Shown piece after piece: positions 13,765 through 27,943 of a stretch of 64,000 nucleotides of DNA; position 1 is the first letter of the stretch; the number at the start of each line of letters is the position of its first letter. Origin of the DNA: Bugula neritina (lineage: Eukaryota; Animalia; Bryozoa); the NCBI GenBank assembly GCA_964035545.1, contig OZ037768.1:16351875-16415874 (forward strand), read 5' to 3'. Under the pieces are notes generated by a model, which made no database searches, was not told the DNA's origin, and saw only the letters and a list, made by a program, of their open reading frames with translations. The translations under genes were made by a program, and so were the position numbers.

Positions 13765-13777
13765 TGCTAAGGTAAGT
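13765..13777 (+). promoter_or_regulatory. Candidate 5' splice donor of a non-coding first exon of the 17436 gene
   Basis: Perfect AAG|GTAAGT at 13771/13772 in a relatively CpG-rich stretch; an unpaired acceptor (tttcag|) lies just before the ATG at 17436. Confidence 0.45.
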
Positions 13778-14434
13778 GCGGTCTACTGTGCGTAGTCTGC
13801 TAGTACAGGTGTATGATTTGTTGGGTGTGTACGTTTTAGTTTATTTCTAGCTGTGTGGTAATCCGCTCTTTAGATAAAGTTGTGTTATTTTAGATAACGT
13901 CACTGTTACTAAATTTATAATCATCCAAGTATAGGCAGTAAGGGATGAGGAGATTACAATGAAAATTATTAAAACTTTAGATATGTTAATCACATCCTTT
14001 TATTTGAGCTGTTAACTTTATCATTTGTTTTATATCTACTCTGTTGAGGACATACTTATTTTTGAAACTTTATCATCGTTACCTGTCATTGTAGCTCTTG
14101 TATACTGGAGCCAGGTGAGGTTTACTAGGTGAGTTGTATGCTATAATTCTGCTATGTTAACATCTACTCCTAGCATCTCTACAACATAATAATATGCTAG
14201 TAGTTGCTTTCACTACTGAATTATTCCATTCAGACAACATCTAACTTGTTTACCTTTAATGCAACATCTTTGTCTACTTTGTAGTTTATAACTACACATC
14301 TCTGACTGCTGGCCTTACAAAGTCAATGAATGAAATGACAATTCAGGAATATTTATTTTATAATACTAATAGGAATATTAGTTTGTATTCTTTATACTGT
14401 ATAGTGATTATTATAATGATAAGGCAGTCTTGCA

Positions 14435-14700
14435 TGTGGTATAGCAGACACTGTAGTAGCTAGTGTAATAGGCAATATTTTAGATAGTGTAGTGTAGTAG
14501 GTAGTGTAGTGTAGTATGTAGTGTAGTATATAGTATAATATATAGTGTATAGTCTAGTATGTAGTATAGACTTTAGTGTGTAGTGTAGTAGGTAGTAAGT
14601 GTGTAAAGTAGTAGCTAGTGTAATAGGCAGTATTGTAGGTAGTGTAGTAGGTAGTTTAGTATGTGGTATAGTAGGCATGCAGTGTGATGAGAAGCGTGAT
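14435..14700. repeat. Strand-asymmetric simple repeat (TAGTG/GTAG-type)
   Basis: tagtgtagtgtagtaggtagtgtagtgtagt. Confidence 0.75.
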
Positions 14701-16693
14701 ATGTTGTGAATATATAATTAAGGCCTGAACTGGGTGAACAGTTTCTAAATTGATTTAAAAGAAGATTTAAATTTTTGCTATTTTATACGGAATAGCCTTC
14801 ACCCTACAGGTAACCATGGCCATGCACATTAAAATGAAAGGTTTTCTACGGCCTAGCATTTTTACATTTATAGACAGCTTAAAACTTATTTTCAACACGG
14901 GCAATCAACTCCAGTACTTGATTACTCACAAAGGGGAGGCAATTGCTATAACATACTGAAAGATGATTATTCTGAATATTGGTTCATGTGAAATTATTTG
15001 TATTGGAAGTAGCCACCTGTCAGCTGTTATGTAATGGTCACCCTTACATAATCAATTTGTTAACTGTCTAATATGCACTATCTCCAATGTCAATATCTTA
15101 CATTAGTTGGTATATAAATGAAAATATTTGACTCAATGAAATTATATGAAGCTTTGGTCAACTAAACAAATTTCCTGTTTCATAAATCCAAAAAGGCATA
15201 TTCTTAGTAGTAAGATGTGAGGACTGAGGAGTAAGCAAGATTTTCAGAGCAGATTGATTGGAGTCGTCAGACTTTTGAGACCCATTTTGTCAGTTAGGTG
15301 CAGAAATGGAGATTTTTTAGCAGATTCATAGTTTTTTGATTCTTACTTCTGGAAAGCAGTAGTTATTATCTGGTAGGGATAATTACAGTTGCTATCACAC
15401 ATAGGTAAACCGTATATCATTTAACCACTGTCTATCTTGCACATAATATTCAGAGAGTAAATCATGGTTATTATTTACTCAGTGATGTAGTTATCACTAA
15501 CTATTTACATCTTAGGCAAAGATAGGTAACCATCCACCATCTTCTATCACAGCATCAAGATGATCACTAATGTTATTCAAAGTTATTACTGTCTATAATA
15601 ATCTTGTCTTGAACTCCATAAGCTTCTGGTGGTCTCCTTAGTCTCAGTCTGGTTGAAAGCTACAAGTATAGTAGATCAAGTTATAATTGAACCAAATATT
15701 CACAACTATTATTGCAGATTGCTTTACTGTAATGTTGCTTGCTATCCATTTAATTGTGTTAATCAGGCTACTGTGAAAAGTTCTGGAAAAAAGAAATAGA
15801 AATAGAAATATATTCTGCAAATAATCTTAATCTAAAGATGCAGTATTAGCTTCTCAACATGACAAATAACAACAAACACAATATTTAAGTACGTGGTGGT
15901 TATGATTAAGTATGTTCGAGAGATGCCTTTTACATTTAAATTTACAGAGATGTAGATTTTTTATAACTTAGGTTTATAATTTATAGTTTTAATTGCTTTA
16001 TTTTGAAAGCAGAAACTCTTATGCTACAAGTATTGGATAGAGATAGCACAAAATAAAAAAAACTTTGCACCTGCCTTGCCTTTTGCTAGTAATTCAAGAT
16101 AAACCTGGAACAATTTTTATATTTGCAAATACATTTAGTAGCAGAATAAATCATTTTAATGTATTATACTTTCAAACTGCTGAAAATTTATAGTCAAATC
16201 TCTGTCAAACTTGCTTCACATTACTCAGTGAAAATTTGTTTTATGAGCCAGATTTGTTATAAGGCCTTATTGCTACTGATATGAAATACCTATCATAGCA
16301 TATTATGTGCACGGAAGCTGGTCTCCAGCTGCACATTCATTCCATGGTGTGGTATATAACTGACACCTGGTAATCTTTTATGACTCAGACATTATGATTC
16401 ATTTTCTTCAAGCTTAGCCAATCAGTTTAACATTCCAATCATTGAACGAAATTGATTTATTGGCTTATTTCGAATGATTACTGCATGTGGGAGCAAGTGT
16501 GCTCCAGTAGATATAGACAATGTATGCATAGCATAACACCAGTTGTACTAGTCCTATAAGGGTGTTAGTGGCACTAGCAAAGCATTCCAACAAAATTGCT
16601 CCTGTGATACTTTGAGCCATAAATCACAGTAAAACAAGTCTATAGTCTTGGGGGACCTATTATTACGAAATTTTCGCAAAACACTGTAAATAT

Positions 16694-16980
16694 GATTTTA
16701 GGTAAAAATGGCACAATAAAAATGGCACAGGTAATAATGGTAAAGGTAAAAATAGCACAGGTAATAATGACACAAATGGAAAGTAGGTAAAAATGGCAAA
16801 CTGATGTTAAATTTTCTCAAACCCAAACCTCCAACCCTTAAACCCCAAATCCCAAACACTAATATTGAAAATGTGCCATTTTTACCTACTTTGCCACTTG
16901 TGCCATTATTACCTATGCCATCATTACCTGTGCCATTATTACCTGTGCCATTTTTACCGGTGGTAATTTTACCAGACACC
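16694..16980. mobile_element. Non-autonomous DNA transposon (Mutator-like MITE), copy 1
   Basis: Inverted arrays of a 15-bp unit GGTAAAAATGGCACA; same ends as 50420-50722; TSD degenerate. Confidence 0.75.
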
Positions 16981-17435
16981 AGTATATTCAAGTGTGAGTT
17001 TAAAAACAATTGTTAAAATATTTGTTGTAGTGGCGTTGTAATAGTCATTGTTGTACTTGTTGTAGTAGTTGTTGTGGTTGTTGTAGTGGTTTTAGAAAAA
17101 AGCCTATTAGTGAACATAAACTATCTAATGCTTCACATAGTCAAGGTTTTGCTTCTTTGTTTAGCAATACTTAAAACAATCATTGTTGTAGATCTGATAT
17201 CCTGTTTCATACAATTTTGTTACTATCAAATATATTTTCTAACTGAAACAATGCTCTTGAATCTTTTTAGGACATGTTATGTTATACACCTTGCTGTCAA
17301 TGATGGTTATTCCACTGTACTATATACACTAGTAGTAGATGTGTATTGACTATTTTACGACAGGTTCAACATTTTATTGAGATAAATGTAATTATAATAT
17401 CCTTGCATGGATTTCCATTTGTTTCAGTGTCAGTC

Positions 17436-19845
17436 ATGGATACATCCGTCTCGTATAGCAAGTATGGCCAAGGAAAGCAAAGAGTAGAGGAGTCCTCGTC
17501 TTCGTATGACCATGGCTATAATTCACAGAACAGATACTACAGTAACTCTGTCACGTCGGATGCCTTTAGTGATATTAGTTTTGACCCGTACAATAACAAA
17601 ACCCATCTGCCGGCCAACTATGGGTATAGTAACTCTCACTTTGTGCCTGATGGTGGCAGACGCCAAATACTAGATGTTCAACAAATGCCTCTAAATGATG
17701 GAAGGCAGAGAATGAGGGATAACTCTGTAGATTCAGACGCTTATGGTGGCCACAGAGCGCCGAGTATAATCAGCAGTGTTGGTAGAGATGCTGATGTGGA
17801 ATCAATCACTAGTCAGCAAACGTACAGCACCAGCACATCGTTTGCTACTGAAAGTAGTGCGTTTAGTTATGACCAATACAGATATCACGGAGAGCTGTAT
17901 AAGCCCGTTGCAGCTCCTCGAAAAGTAAACTCTCAAGTTAAAAAGCTGTTCGGTGAGATTCACCCTCGGATGTTGAGGCCAGAAGATAAACCAATTGAAG
18001 AGAGTGGAGAAGAAACAGAAGACAGTGTGAGCATTGTGTCTTCGGTTGCTCCTAGGCCTGCGCCAAGGGCTAGTATGAGAATGAGTAGGAGGTCCATTGA
18101 GTTTATGGAGGATGAGGCAATTCGACTTGAAAATTCTCTTCTTAAAAGCATTTTGCGGAGTGCTGTTATGTCCGCAAGACGTGATGCTAAAGGAAACAAA
18201 ATGATAGTTAGATTTGAGCACGTCGATAAATATGCGGATTCTAAGCCACGAAGAGACATCACAGACTATTCGGATATTGACAGCGATCATGGTAAAAACT
18301 CTAAAAAGCACAAAACCAAGCAAAAAGACGTTTGGAGTCATGTTGCACCAGTTGGTCCAAAGCCAGCTAGAAATTCCCGATCAAATTCACACAGATCAAG
18401 CAGCAGACGTTCATCATCTGCTGACAGGTCCCGACAGACGAGTAGATCTGGTAGCAAGAGAAGGTCATCTTCCGCCTCCAGCATTTCAAGGAGATCTCAT
18501 CGATCCTCAGTCAAAACCAATAAACACTCTCAATCTGATTCTAAACCCGGTGTGACTGCCAATGGTGGGGGTGAAGTAGCTATACAAGTAAGTATGTAGT
18601 TCTACTAGCAGGAATAAAATTCTACTCATTCACTCGACTGGAACTGAGTTTAGAGTCTGTTGATAAATAATGATAAATAATCTGTAGGCGAGGTTGTTGC
18701 GGATAATTTACAACTCATCAAACATTCATCACTGAAAATGTTTTATTAAAAGACCATATATAGTGGCAAACCATTGTCACTGGTCGAGGTATAGTAAATA
18801 GAATAGGAAGCAACGATAATTTTGCAAATCTATTCTCAGTCACTAATCACCCTGTATATGGAAACGGATGCATAATGAAGAGCTACAGATTGTTTTAATT
18901 GATAATTACGGCCAAGCATATTATGCAGTTAAATTAACTATTTCATTGATTCTAGATTAGCCCATCTATACTCTCTCCAAGATTTGCTTATAAATACCAT
19001 TACTAAACTGGCAGCAATAATAAACTGTTTTCTTCCCATCCTCAATTTTCTTTATTTGAAATACTTAATAGGTAACAAAGTTACACATAATAATTTTTAT
19101 ACTAAATTTTTGTCTGTTTAAGATGTGGTGTAAACAAGTGTTAAATCTTGAGCACTTTTAAAAATAATAAAAAACTTGCACACATTCCAAAAATGTCATG
19201 CTAGGTGCACGTATATATACATGTATAGACTTTTGATCTATAATTTTTGGTTTAATATTTTTGATTGAAACATTGTTGCTTTATTTGGCAGTCACTCAGC
19301 TTCTCATTTGCCAAGGTTTTACTGAAAATTTTGCTGTTTGAAAAAGTGAAATGTTGAACCTACTTAAAATGGTGATGACGAAGTTTATATGTTTAGATTT
19401 TGAAGTTGTCTTCTAAATGTAGAGTTATTTTGAATTTGGTTAAAAGTTAATAGCTGAAACCACTGAATTAAGGTTATATTTCAATGGCTGAAACACACAG
19501 AGCAAGAAATAGCCATGACCAACACCCATTATATTACAATTCCTCACAGCTGTGGATAATGTTATATGGGATGTTGCATTTTGTACATTGGTATACCATA
19601 TTGCGAGTAGTTTCACTCAAACACGGATTTGACAATAAGCTTCACTTTGTTTTGTTTAGATGCCTGGAGAAGAAGGAAAGAAGCCACAAAGCATGTTTGG
19701 TGACATAAAACAATCAAGCAACAGCAGTGGAGGTATCTGTTCAGACCCCCAGAAGGTGCTGAAGTGGTCACTGATTATAGGCGTTCCCTCTGTATTGCTG
19801 ATTATAGTCATCATTGTAGTTGTTGTTGTTCTTCAATCCAATTAG
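17436..19845 (+). CDS. Uncharacterised, largely disordered S/R-rich protein with a single C-terminal transmembrane helix (about 445 aa)
   Basis: Exon 17436-18587 (CAA|GTAAGT) joined in phase 0 to 19660-19845 (ttag|ATGCCT); ends WSLIIGVPSVLLIIVIIVVVVVLQSN*. Confidence 0.8.
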
Positions 19846-22800
19846 CTCAACGTGGAATGATGCAAGTGATTGGGGTCAGCAGCAAGAAAATGACATCACA
19901 GCAAAAGTTGTTTCTGCTTCTAACATTTACTGATTGTCAGCTTGCTGCCATTAATCTATCATCTGAAACTTTGCTCCTCTCTAATGCTCTTCTATTCTAG
20001 CTTTCACTGTAGGCAATACTTTCTGCAAAGTTGCTTATATGTTCTACTTGTGAGTTTAAAACACTAACTAAAAACTAAGTCCTAAACTATATCCTATCTC
20101 AAACTTGAGATAGGTTATTCCTTTGTGTTTTTTTATAGTTTGAGATATTTTTCAATGAAACTCTTACTCAAATTGTACAAAGTGAAGCTAAGCAAGACCT
20201 AATAGCATATAAACAATTAGTATGTCATTCTGTAACATTGAAAATGGTGAGCAAAAAATGCAGTTTGGCCTTTTATTTCACTGAGTAATTTATAGGAGAT
20301 GAGTTGAAGCAGGACAAATCACTTTTGTGGTAGTTGTTTGTCATAGTCAAGTATATTGGCTAACAGTAGGCAAGTAGTTTTAGTAGCTAGTTACACTTTT
20401 CTATTTTGATTCATTTCATTACAGATTTTCACACATAAGAACTAATTTTTTAATTTAAATTTACTAATGTATTTCAACTTCCATATAAGTTAGTATAATA
20501 TTTATTCAACCTTCATAATCTTAAACAGAAAAAAACTAGCAAGAAATTTGCTTTACTTTTTTCAATTAAATGGAACAGAAATAATTAAAATTACAATGAA
20601 GTATAGTATAACCTATATTTGCTAGGTTATATTGGTCAAAATAGCACGTTGACAGTGCTTTATCTTTTTGTGCTCCCAACAATTTTCCAACTTGTAAAGC
20701 TTTAAGCTATTTATTTGTAGTTAATTGGAACAATTATAAATGAGCTTTGTATAGTTACTTTTATATTATATTCAGTTATTTTTTAAATATTTTGCATTCC
20801 AATTCCACCCGTTACTTTAATAACATGAGTAATAGATGTAGGGTGATACACACACATTCCATATAGCTGTTTTATTTCAGTTGTAACTTTGGCAAACATT
20901 TAACAAGAAACTTGGAAATGTTGCTTATGTAAACCAATTGTATAGACTTTAAATTTGTTTTGTCTAGGTTTTTCCCCATTAAGACTTGGGATTAAAATCT
21001 CAAATCATGTACATTTATATACTTGATTAGAGAAACATTGAAACACTAATTTTTTATTATTTGTTTTAAAAAGTTGTTGAAGAGAAAATACATACATATT
21101 TTTAGTTTACATGCATGTCATTTACTAAATAAAAACTGTTTAATCTGTGTAGTTGAGCACAAACTTGTTTATTAACGAATTTAGATACCTATCGTTAATA
21201 TTTTATACCCTAAATAATAAAAAATATCAAAAATATATTATTATTATTATTCAACAAAAAGTTATTTATAAATCTGACTATAGTATATTGCATTAAACTT
21301 GAACAAGCTTTGTGGTAAATACTCAAAATAATATGCTCATAAAAACATGTTTATTTCAGTCATAACCTGCAAAACAACACCAGCTGTTTCATGGTGCATT
21401 ACGAAGGATCAGTCCTTACAGCATTGTGCCATATCAGCATAGGCCTAACCATCGAACTGTAACTTTTAATTTATTGGTTTTAATTCATTGAGCATAACTA
21501 CAATAATAGCAGCCAACAACCAGAAAATCAATAAAACTAACTCCCAAAATAATGTTATAAATTATTTTAGTTTTTAGAGTATAATTTGTTAAAGTATCAT
21601 TGTGTTTCAACATTTATACATATCCAGGCATCAGTTAAATCCATTTTTAACTTAATCTGTATCCACAGAGAGTTGATCGTAAACAAAAAACTGGTTTTAC
21701 TGAAATTTAGGACATTTTACAAGATTATTTAGTAAAAATTATTTTTATGTGCAAGAAGTAAACTTCTCTATTGATCAACTTTTCCTTACATAATAGAAGA
21801 GAATATTTAGAAAGCATTAGCAATGACATTCTCTACATAGCATCTCGCTACCCGAACAGGACAAAGCAGAGATAGGTGAGAAAAATGGTCTACATAGCAT
21901 ATTTTCTGATCGAATGGTATACTGAAAATGTCATCTGAATATCACAAACTACGCTAGCTGTAATAACTTTCTTGAGTATAATTTTTCTAACTGTACTGCT
22001 TGTTTATACATGTATAGCAATTTATTGTTTGTCTGAATATAAAATTTCGAATTGTTTGATGAAGGTGGAAGAGCACATGACTTGTAAACATGCTAAACTG
22101 TATTGCAACATTATTTGCTAATGTCTATTTTAGTATAATTAGTGAACTGGACATGACTACCAACCTGATTGATTATTACTCCTAATTGTAATTAAAATTT
22201 GCGATAAAAACTGATGACTAGGAGTGTTGTAGAATCAACATATTACAAAACAAATTTGTTGGACAAATAAGCAATGAGATGCTGTAAAAAGAAGACAGTG
22301 TTATTATTAGTGTAAAAATTATACAGTTACGATTTGCACTTGTAGTTTCCTAAATATTAACTCCACAGTAGCTAGACTAATTCAACTTATATACTCGTAT
22401 TATAATAACTCTCTGTGGCAGTGACCAATGGGTGAAACATTGGACCTAACCTGAAATAATACACTGTATTGTTTTAGTGAATGATTTGTCATTCTCTATT
22501 TAGTAGTTTTAAATTTAGGTTTTTCAATTGATAGATTTTATTTCTATACTAAGTGATATACAATTGTGTACTAATATAATGGTGTAAATTGAAGTAATAA
22601 GTATGTATATTATATCAAAACATTACATTAGTACATCATATAACTGTTAGTACTTCAAAATACTAAATTGGTAGGCTATACATATTACCACTACATCTTT
22701 ACTGTACACCTTCGCAGCATCATTAAACTGTGGTAATTGAGTGACTAGCGCCAATTTTATTAACATTATACATCTTAGCTCATTTCTTACGTCTTCCATG

Positions 22801-22877
22801 TTTTAAAAAATGTAATACAAAAAGCAACATTAAAAATTTGCATTTAAAATGTTGTAATAAATGCATCTCAAGTTGAT

Positions 22878-25800
22878 TTACCATCCAAATACATATTCCA
22901 TTGTTTTTTTCCACCAGCCATCTTCTTGATTTTTTACATTTGCCTGCGGAATCTAAAAGGAAATCATATGGTGATAATTTCAAAAATGTTTCATAAAAGA
23001 GGGAATCAACAACCAAATTGATTCGTAGAAAGTGCATTCTTTTACCAAACACTTTGTAAACTTCAAAGTTTATACCCAAACACAATTAACACAATTTACT
23101 AATCAGCCAATCTTTTAAATTTAAAGCTTTCTCATTATGCTCACAGCTGTAGATTCCAGTCAAGAGCACATACAAGTTTTTGAAAATCCAGTATAGTATA
23201 TGCAGCATGTAATACTTGAACATGATTTGATGGAGCAGAGTCAAAGTCACACCAAGTAAAGTTAACGCTGCACAGATAATCATTATACTGAATAATTTAT
23301 TTGGAACAAACTTCCGACCTGAATTCAAGCAAACTTAAATGAATTAAAAATCCTGTATATATACACACAGGTACACACTCGCACACTTACATTAGTTGGT
23401 GGCCTTGAAGAAGTGTATGCTTTGGTCAAAGGTCGAATGGGTTGAGGTGTGTTGCCCAAGTTGCTATTGCTGGACTCGTACAGAGAGCCCAAAGTCTTGA
23501 GGGGAATTGTCTGCTCTACACTATGCAGTGTGATCTGACTGTGATCTACTGTTGGGGTGGTAGTAGAACCCCCCTGTCTGTTCATAACTTTCTGGTCTAT
23601 GCATTGTCTCACACCAACCATCATGTTGTCTCCTATCAGTTTACCGTTTTTACTTAACGCCTTTTTAGCTGCTATTTTTGATTTGTAGTGAAGATGCATC
23701 CAATTTCCTTCATTAGATATCTGGTAACACAAGGGCAACATAAACTAATTCACAATTTTTTTATTCCAACAACCATAAACTGCTTTTACGACGAATGGCT
23801 GTTGCCTGTTGACTTTAACAATACGACAACACATACATTACATAACTCTAAACAGAAACTTATTAGAGTTGAAGGTAATCAATTTCACAACATTAAACTA
23901 TGCCTAAACTAAGTATGAATGCAGCATCTAAAAAGCCTAGAACCAAGTCTAACATTAAGCCCGAAGTACCGTGTGTTCCAGAATAGTCCCGTACTCATTG
24001 AATTGCTGTAACATGTGTCCAACAGCTCCAGGGGCAAATCTACAAGCAAATTTCTACATTACAAACTCTACGATACAAATTGATGAGATAATTTTACAAT
24101 CTATGCATTCTCCATACCACCTAGTTAACTAATAGGATGTTTGCTATCAATTATGGCAAGTGCAGAGATAAATTGAGGTAAATTTTATTGATATATTATT
24201 TTAATAAGTTACTAAATGTATCAAATCAAACATATGATGAAGATAGTTTCATCACTTGAATAAAGATTTAATGGCTATTACGAATTGCAGCTGTAATCGA
24301 TTACTCTTATGATAACAATTACATTGGAATGGTTCTTTTAATATTAGATTATAATGATGAATAAATTTGAATGATCCAAAATAAAACTTTCCATAAATTT
24401 ATTCTCTTGTTTCAACTGAGCACAACTAACAAATTCTATAAGAATATTTATTAATGAAATGTTTGAGTTGGCGAAGCATTGACTTGACTTGCTGTAAAAA
24501 AAACCAATATTTATTTCAATAGTATTCAAAATTGTCACTTTTGCTATTCATTATTTTTGGTATTTTTAATATTATTATTATTTACTATTCATTGTTATTG
24601 CACAAGTATTTTGCACTAAAGATTCAAACACTGAAGACACAAAACACTAAAATATTACCAATTTGCTTACTCAGCAAATTTTGATAACTGTAGAATTACT
24701 ACACCAACTCAGTACTACTATACCAACTCGGTATTACTATAAAATGAAAATGTGCAGAAAATGATAGCAAGTCGAGCGGCTTATTCATTGCAAGAACTCG
24801 GTGAAACTGCCTTCCAGGTCAAATGGACTCAGACTGAGAATGTGTCTTTACTGTTGATACTTAATTAGTACTACTGTCAACCATTACAAGTGCTGTTGAA
24901 AATACTACCACCACTATTTCTGCAATCATCTCCGATACTGCTATTGCAGAAAAGACAACTCCACTATTCAAGACTTATGCACCAAATAGCTACTGGGTAC
25001 AACTGAGACATCACCATTACTAATACTGCCATCATGAAGTAATTTTGTCACTTTTAATCTGAAATGGTTGCATTCATGTATTTAAAACTAGTGACATTGG
25101 TAGCCTTTGCAATAACTTTTAATATCTGATTTATGATTATCAACTGTGAATGGACGCATATAACATGCATATCAGTAGCATTAGAGTTGTAACTTCTTGG
25201 ATGAATTAGAGATGAAACTCTAATAGTATATTTATGTATTGTAATTTGTGGCAATGTATGATATAAGATATTTTAACACATATACAGCAAATATAACAGG
25301 TAATTTACCATGCTTATCAACTAAATTTAACTAAACTAGAAGGAAATATATATTGTACAGCTAGTCAGAAAGAAAACAATACAAACCCAAACACTGTGAT
25401 CCAGGTTTCATCTAGTACATCATGGGGAGATAAGTCTTCGCTAAAACAATTAATTTATTTGCATTGTCAAATAACGATAATGAATAGAGACTATCACAAT
25501 TAAAGTTTAAACTGTATGTTTTTAGCATTAAGTTGATGTTTCAAGGCCTCCACTACAAGTTGTTGGTACATATCAAATATATAGAGCAGGCCACTCTCTC
25601 TTGAGTATAGAAGGGTAGGGTAATTACCCCTGAGTATAGAAGGGTAGGGTAATCACCCCTGAGTATAGAAGGGCACTCATCCCTGAGTATAGAAGGGTAG
25701 GACACTCATCCCTGAGCATAGAAGGGTAGGGTACTCACCCCTGAGTATAGAAGGGTACTCACCCCTGAGTATAGAAGGGTACTTACCCTTGAGTATAGAA

Positions 25801-27943
25801 GGGCACTTACCCCTGAGTATAGAAGGGCAAGACATTCACCCCTGAGTATAGAAGGGTAGGGCACTTACCCCTGAGTATAGAAGGGTAGGGTACTCACCCC
25901 TGAGTATAGAAGGGATCAACCTGGGGAGGAGACAGGAGTGTAGCACTTGCATTTATGGATTGGTGTAAAGATGTGTTTGATGGAGCTTTCACAGCTGGCG
26001 TTGAGAAACTTGACTGAGTAGCTACAGAGTATAGAATACTAATGTTCTCAGACAGTTCAGTATATTAGGGGAAGTGTTGGAACCAAGTGATGGAAACAGG
26101 TCTATTTAAAAACATGAAGCAGTCTATTTAATTACCTAACTATTTGTTACCTAGAGGGAGCGGCAGTGGTGTAGGGGTTAAAGTGTTTGCTTAGTAAACA
26201 TGAAGTCATGGGTTCAAACCCCGACAAAGGCCATTGGTGATGTTAGGAAGAGCATCCAGTAAAAATTACTCCTGTCCTCCATCTGAATAAGTCCTTAGCC
26301 CGATTTAATAAAAAAACTCCTTCCATTACGGGTTTCTCACAGAGATGGTGACTACTAACTTGTGTGAGTTTATTTAACTAACTAACTAACCATTGTTTAC
26401 TTACCGTTATGTTGATGGGCTGAGAGTAAGGGACTTGAGAAGCCACAGGCCAGCTGATGCTGTAAGAGAACACAACTCCAGTCAGCAAGGAAACATAAAA
26501 TATACACATCTGATGTTGGAGAAGATGGGCAGATGATAAACCATAATATTACAAACACAAGAGATGGCCCACCTTTGACTCTGCATTGTCTAGAAGACTA
26601 GTATGAAGGTTGTGTGAAGGTGTAGACAGACTGGAATCTAAAAGTCCAACAACAGGTGGAGCCGACAGTTTATCCTTGAGACGATCATGACTAACACTCT
26701 CACTGAACAAACAAAGTAAGAGGTATTACAAGGCAGCTATTAGCTAAGTTCATCTAGCAAAACACAATCATACTCGCCATAGGCCTATTTAAATTTAAGA
26801 AAATATTGATTAAAAGTCCTGCAAAATATCATTTAGATTCTGTATGCATATGTGTATGTATATATGCATGATTCTGCATATATACATGCATGTATGAATG
26901 TATAATTACTCTAATCTATCCTGAAACTTCTTTGAAGAGCTAAAGCTGTGTGGGAGATGAATGTTGCTGTGATTGGCTGATCCAAAGCCAGTAGACGCAG
27001 ACGGCCACATACCTCTAGATCCATAGACAGGCTACAAAGTACAGTTTAATAACAATACCACTGGTTCTTTTACCAACAGATACAACTCTCAAATTACAAT
27101 AGCTATAAGCTGTGCAGGTTTTGAACATAGCTACAAAACTTAATTTGTATTATCTACTAATAGTTAGCAGTTGTCTTCTCTCCATTTGAGAAAATTACTC
27201 GGGTGTAAAACCAGATTTGGCATTTAGTTAATGTTACCCTCTACTAGTAAATTGTTTCACTAAATAAATTTGCATGATACTCATGATAGTTACATACAAA
27301 TAAACCAATTGCCTAGTATTGGCTTACGATCTAAAATAGCCAATAAAATAGAGCGAAACATATTTCAATATTATACACCAGCTCCATTACCTATAGTTGG
27401 TAAGCCATAATATTATATGATTCAATGTAAGTTTAAAATAACCGACGAAGTCCACATGGAATAACAAGAGTATAATGTATAGAAGGGTCAACTATAGTAA
27501 AAGGAGATTAATGCATCTTATATGATACAAAACTGGTGTATATATATACACACATACAGTTTGTGGTCCACTGGGTCCCGGTGTGTGATCGCCCAATAGG
27601 AATCCAGGTAAGTATTGAGATGAATTATGAGATCCAGGGTGGGGAGATGATGGTGATCCCATAACCATTGGCTCAGCACCTACAACCAATCTAACAGCTG
27701 TACCACACAGGAAAAACATGTTTACAATTTTGCTAATATCATGTTTTACAACTAAATTTTACTTAGCCAATGTAAAGTCATAGTAGAATTGAACATTTAA
27801 CTATACTGTAACACAAAGCAAGTAATTTAAAACTAGATGCAACCTGCAACACTCCTGATTTACTTACGAGACATTGAGCTTGTTGGGCTACTCAATCTCC
27901 CTTGCCCATAGAGACTAAATCGGTTATCAGCAGAGATATCCAT
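22878..27943 (-). CDS. NUP35: Nucleoporin NUP35/Nup53 (382 aa, 10 coding exons)
   Basis: Exons 27943-27868, 27679-27558, 27031-26910, 26702-26573, 26459-26405, 26021-25898, 25440-25387, 24039-23970, 23720-23391, 22943-22878 (1149 nt); motifs [32 protein letters not shown] (RRM), GNWMHLHY, C-terminal TMEYVFGW*. Confidence 0.95.
25601..25914 (-). repeat. Minisatellite of 24/29-bp units x12 copying the NUP35 exon 6/intron junction
   Basis: TGAGTATAGAAGGG core at 25602, 25631, 25660, 25684, 25713 (one mismatch), 25742, 25766, 25790, 25814, 25843, 25872, 25901. Confidence 0.92.
26155..26370 (+). mobile_element. tRNA-derived SINE
   Basis: A-box-like TGGTGTAGGGG, B-box GGTTCAAACC, central GATGTTAGGAAGAGCATCCAG; four copies in the window. 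Confidence 0.8.

Noticed and set aside
16698-17016. ORFs of 103 and 70 aa with GxNGT or LPVP repeats
   Set aside because: Translations of the 15-bp MITE subterminal repeats
25601-25914. CRISPR-like array
   Set aside because: Units are contiguous tandem repeats without unique spacers, in a eukaryotic intron with no cas genes
26155-26235. tRNA gene
   Set aside because: A and B boxes are present, but the cloverleaf is poor and the sequence continues into a tail shared by four dispersed copies, so it is a SINE
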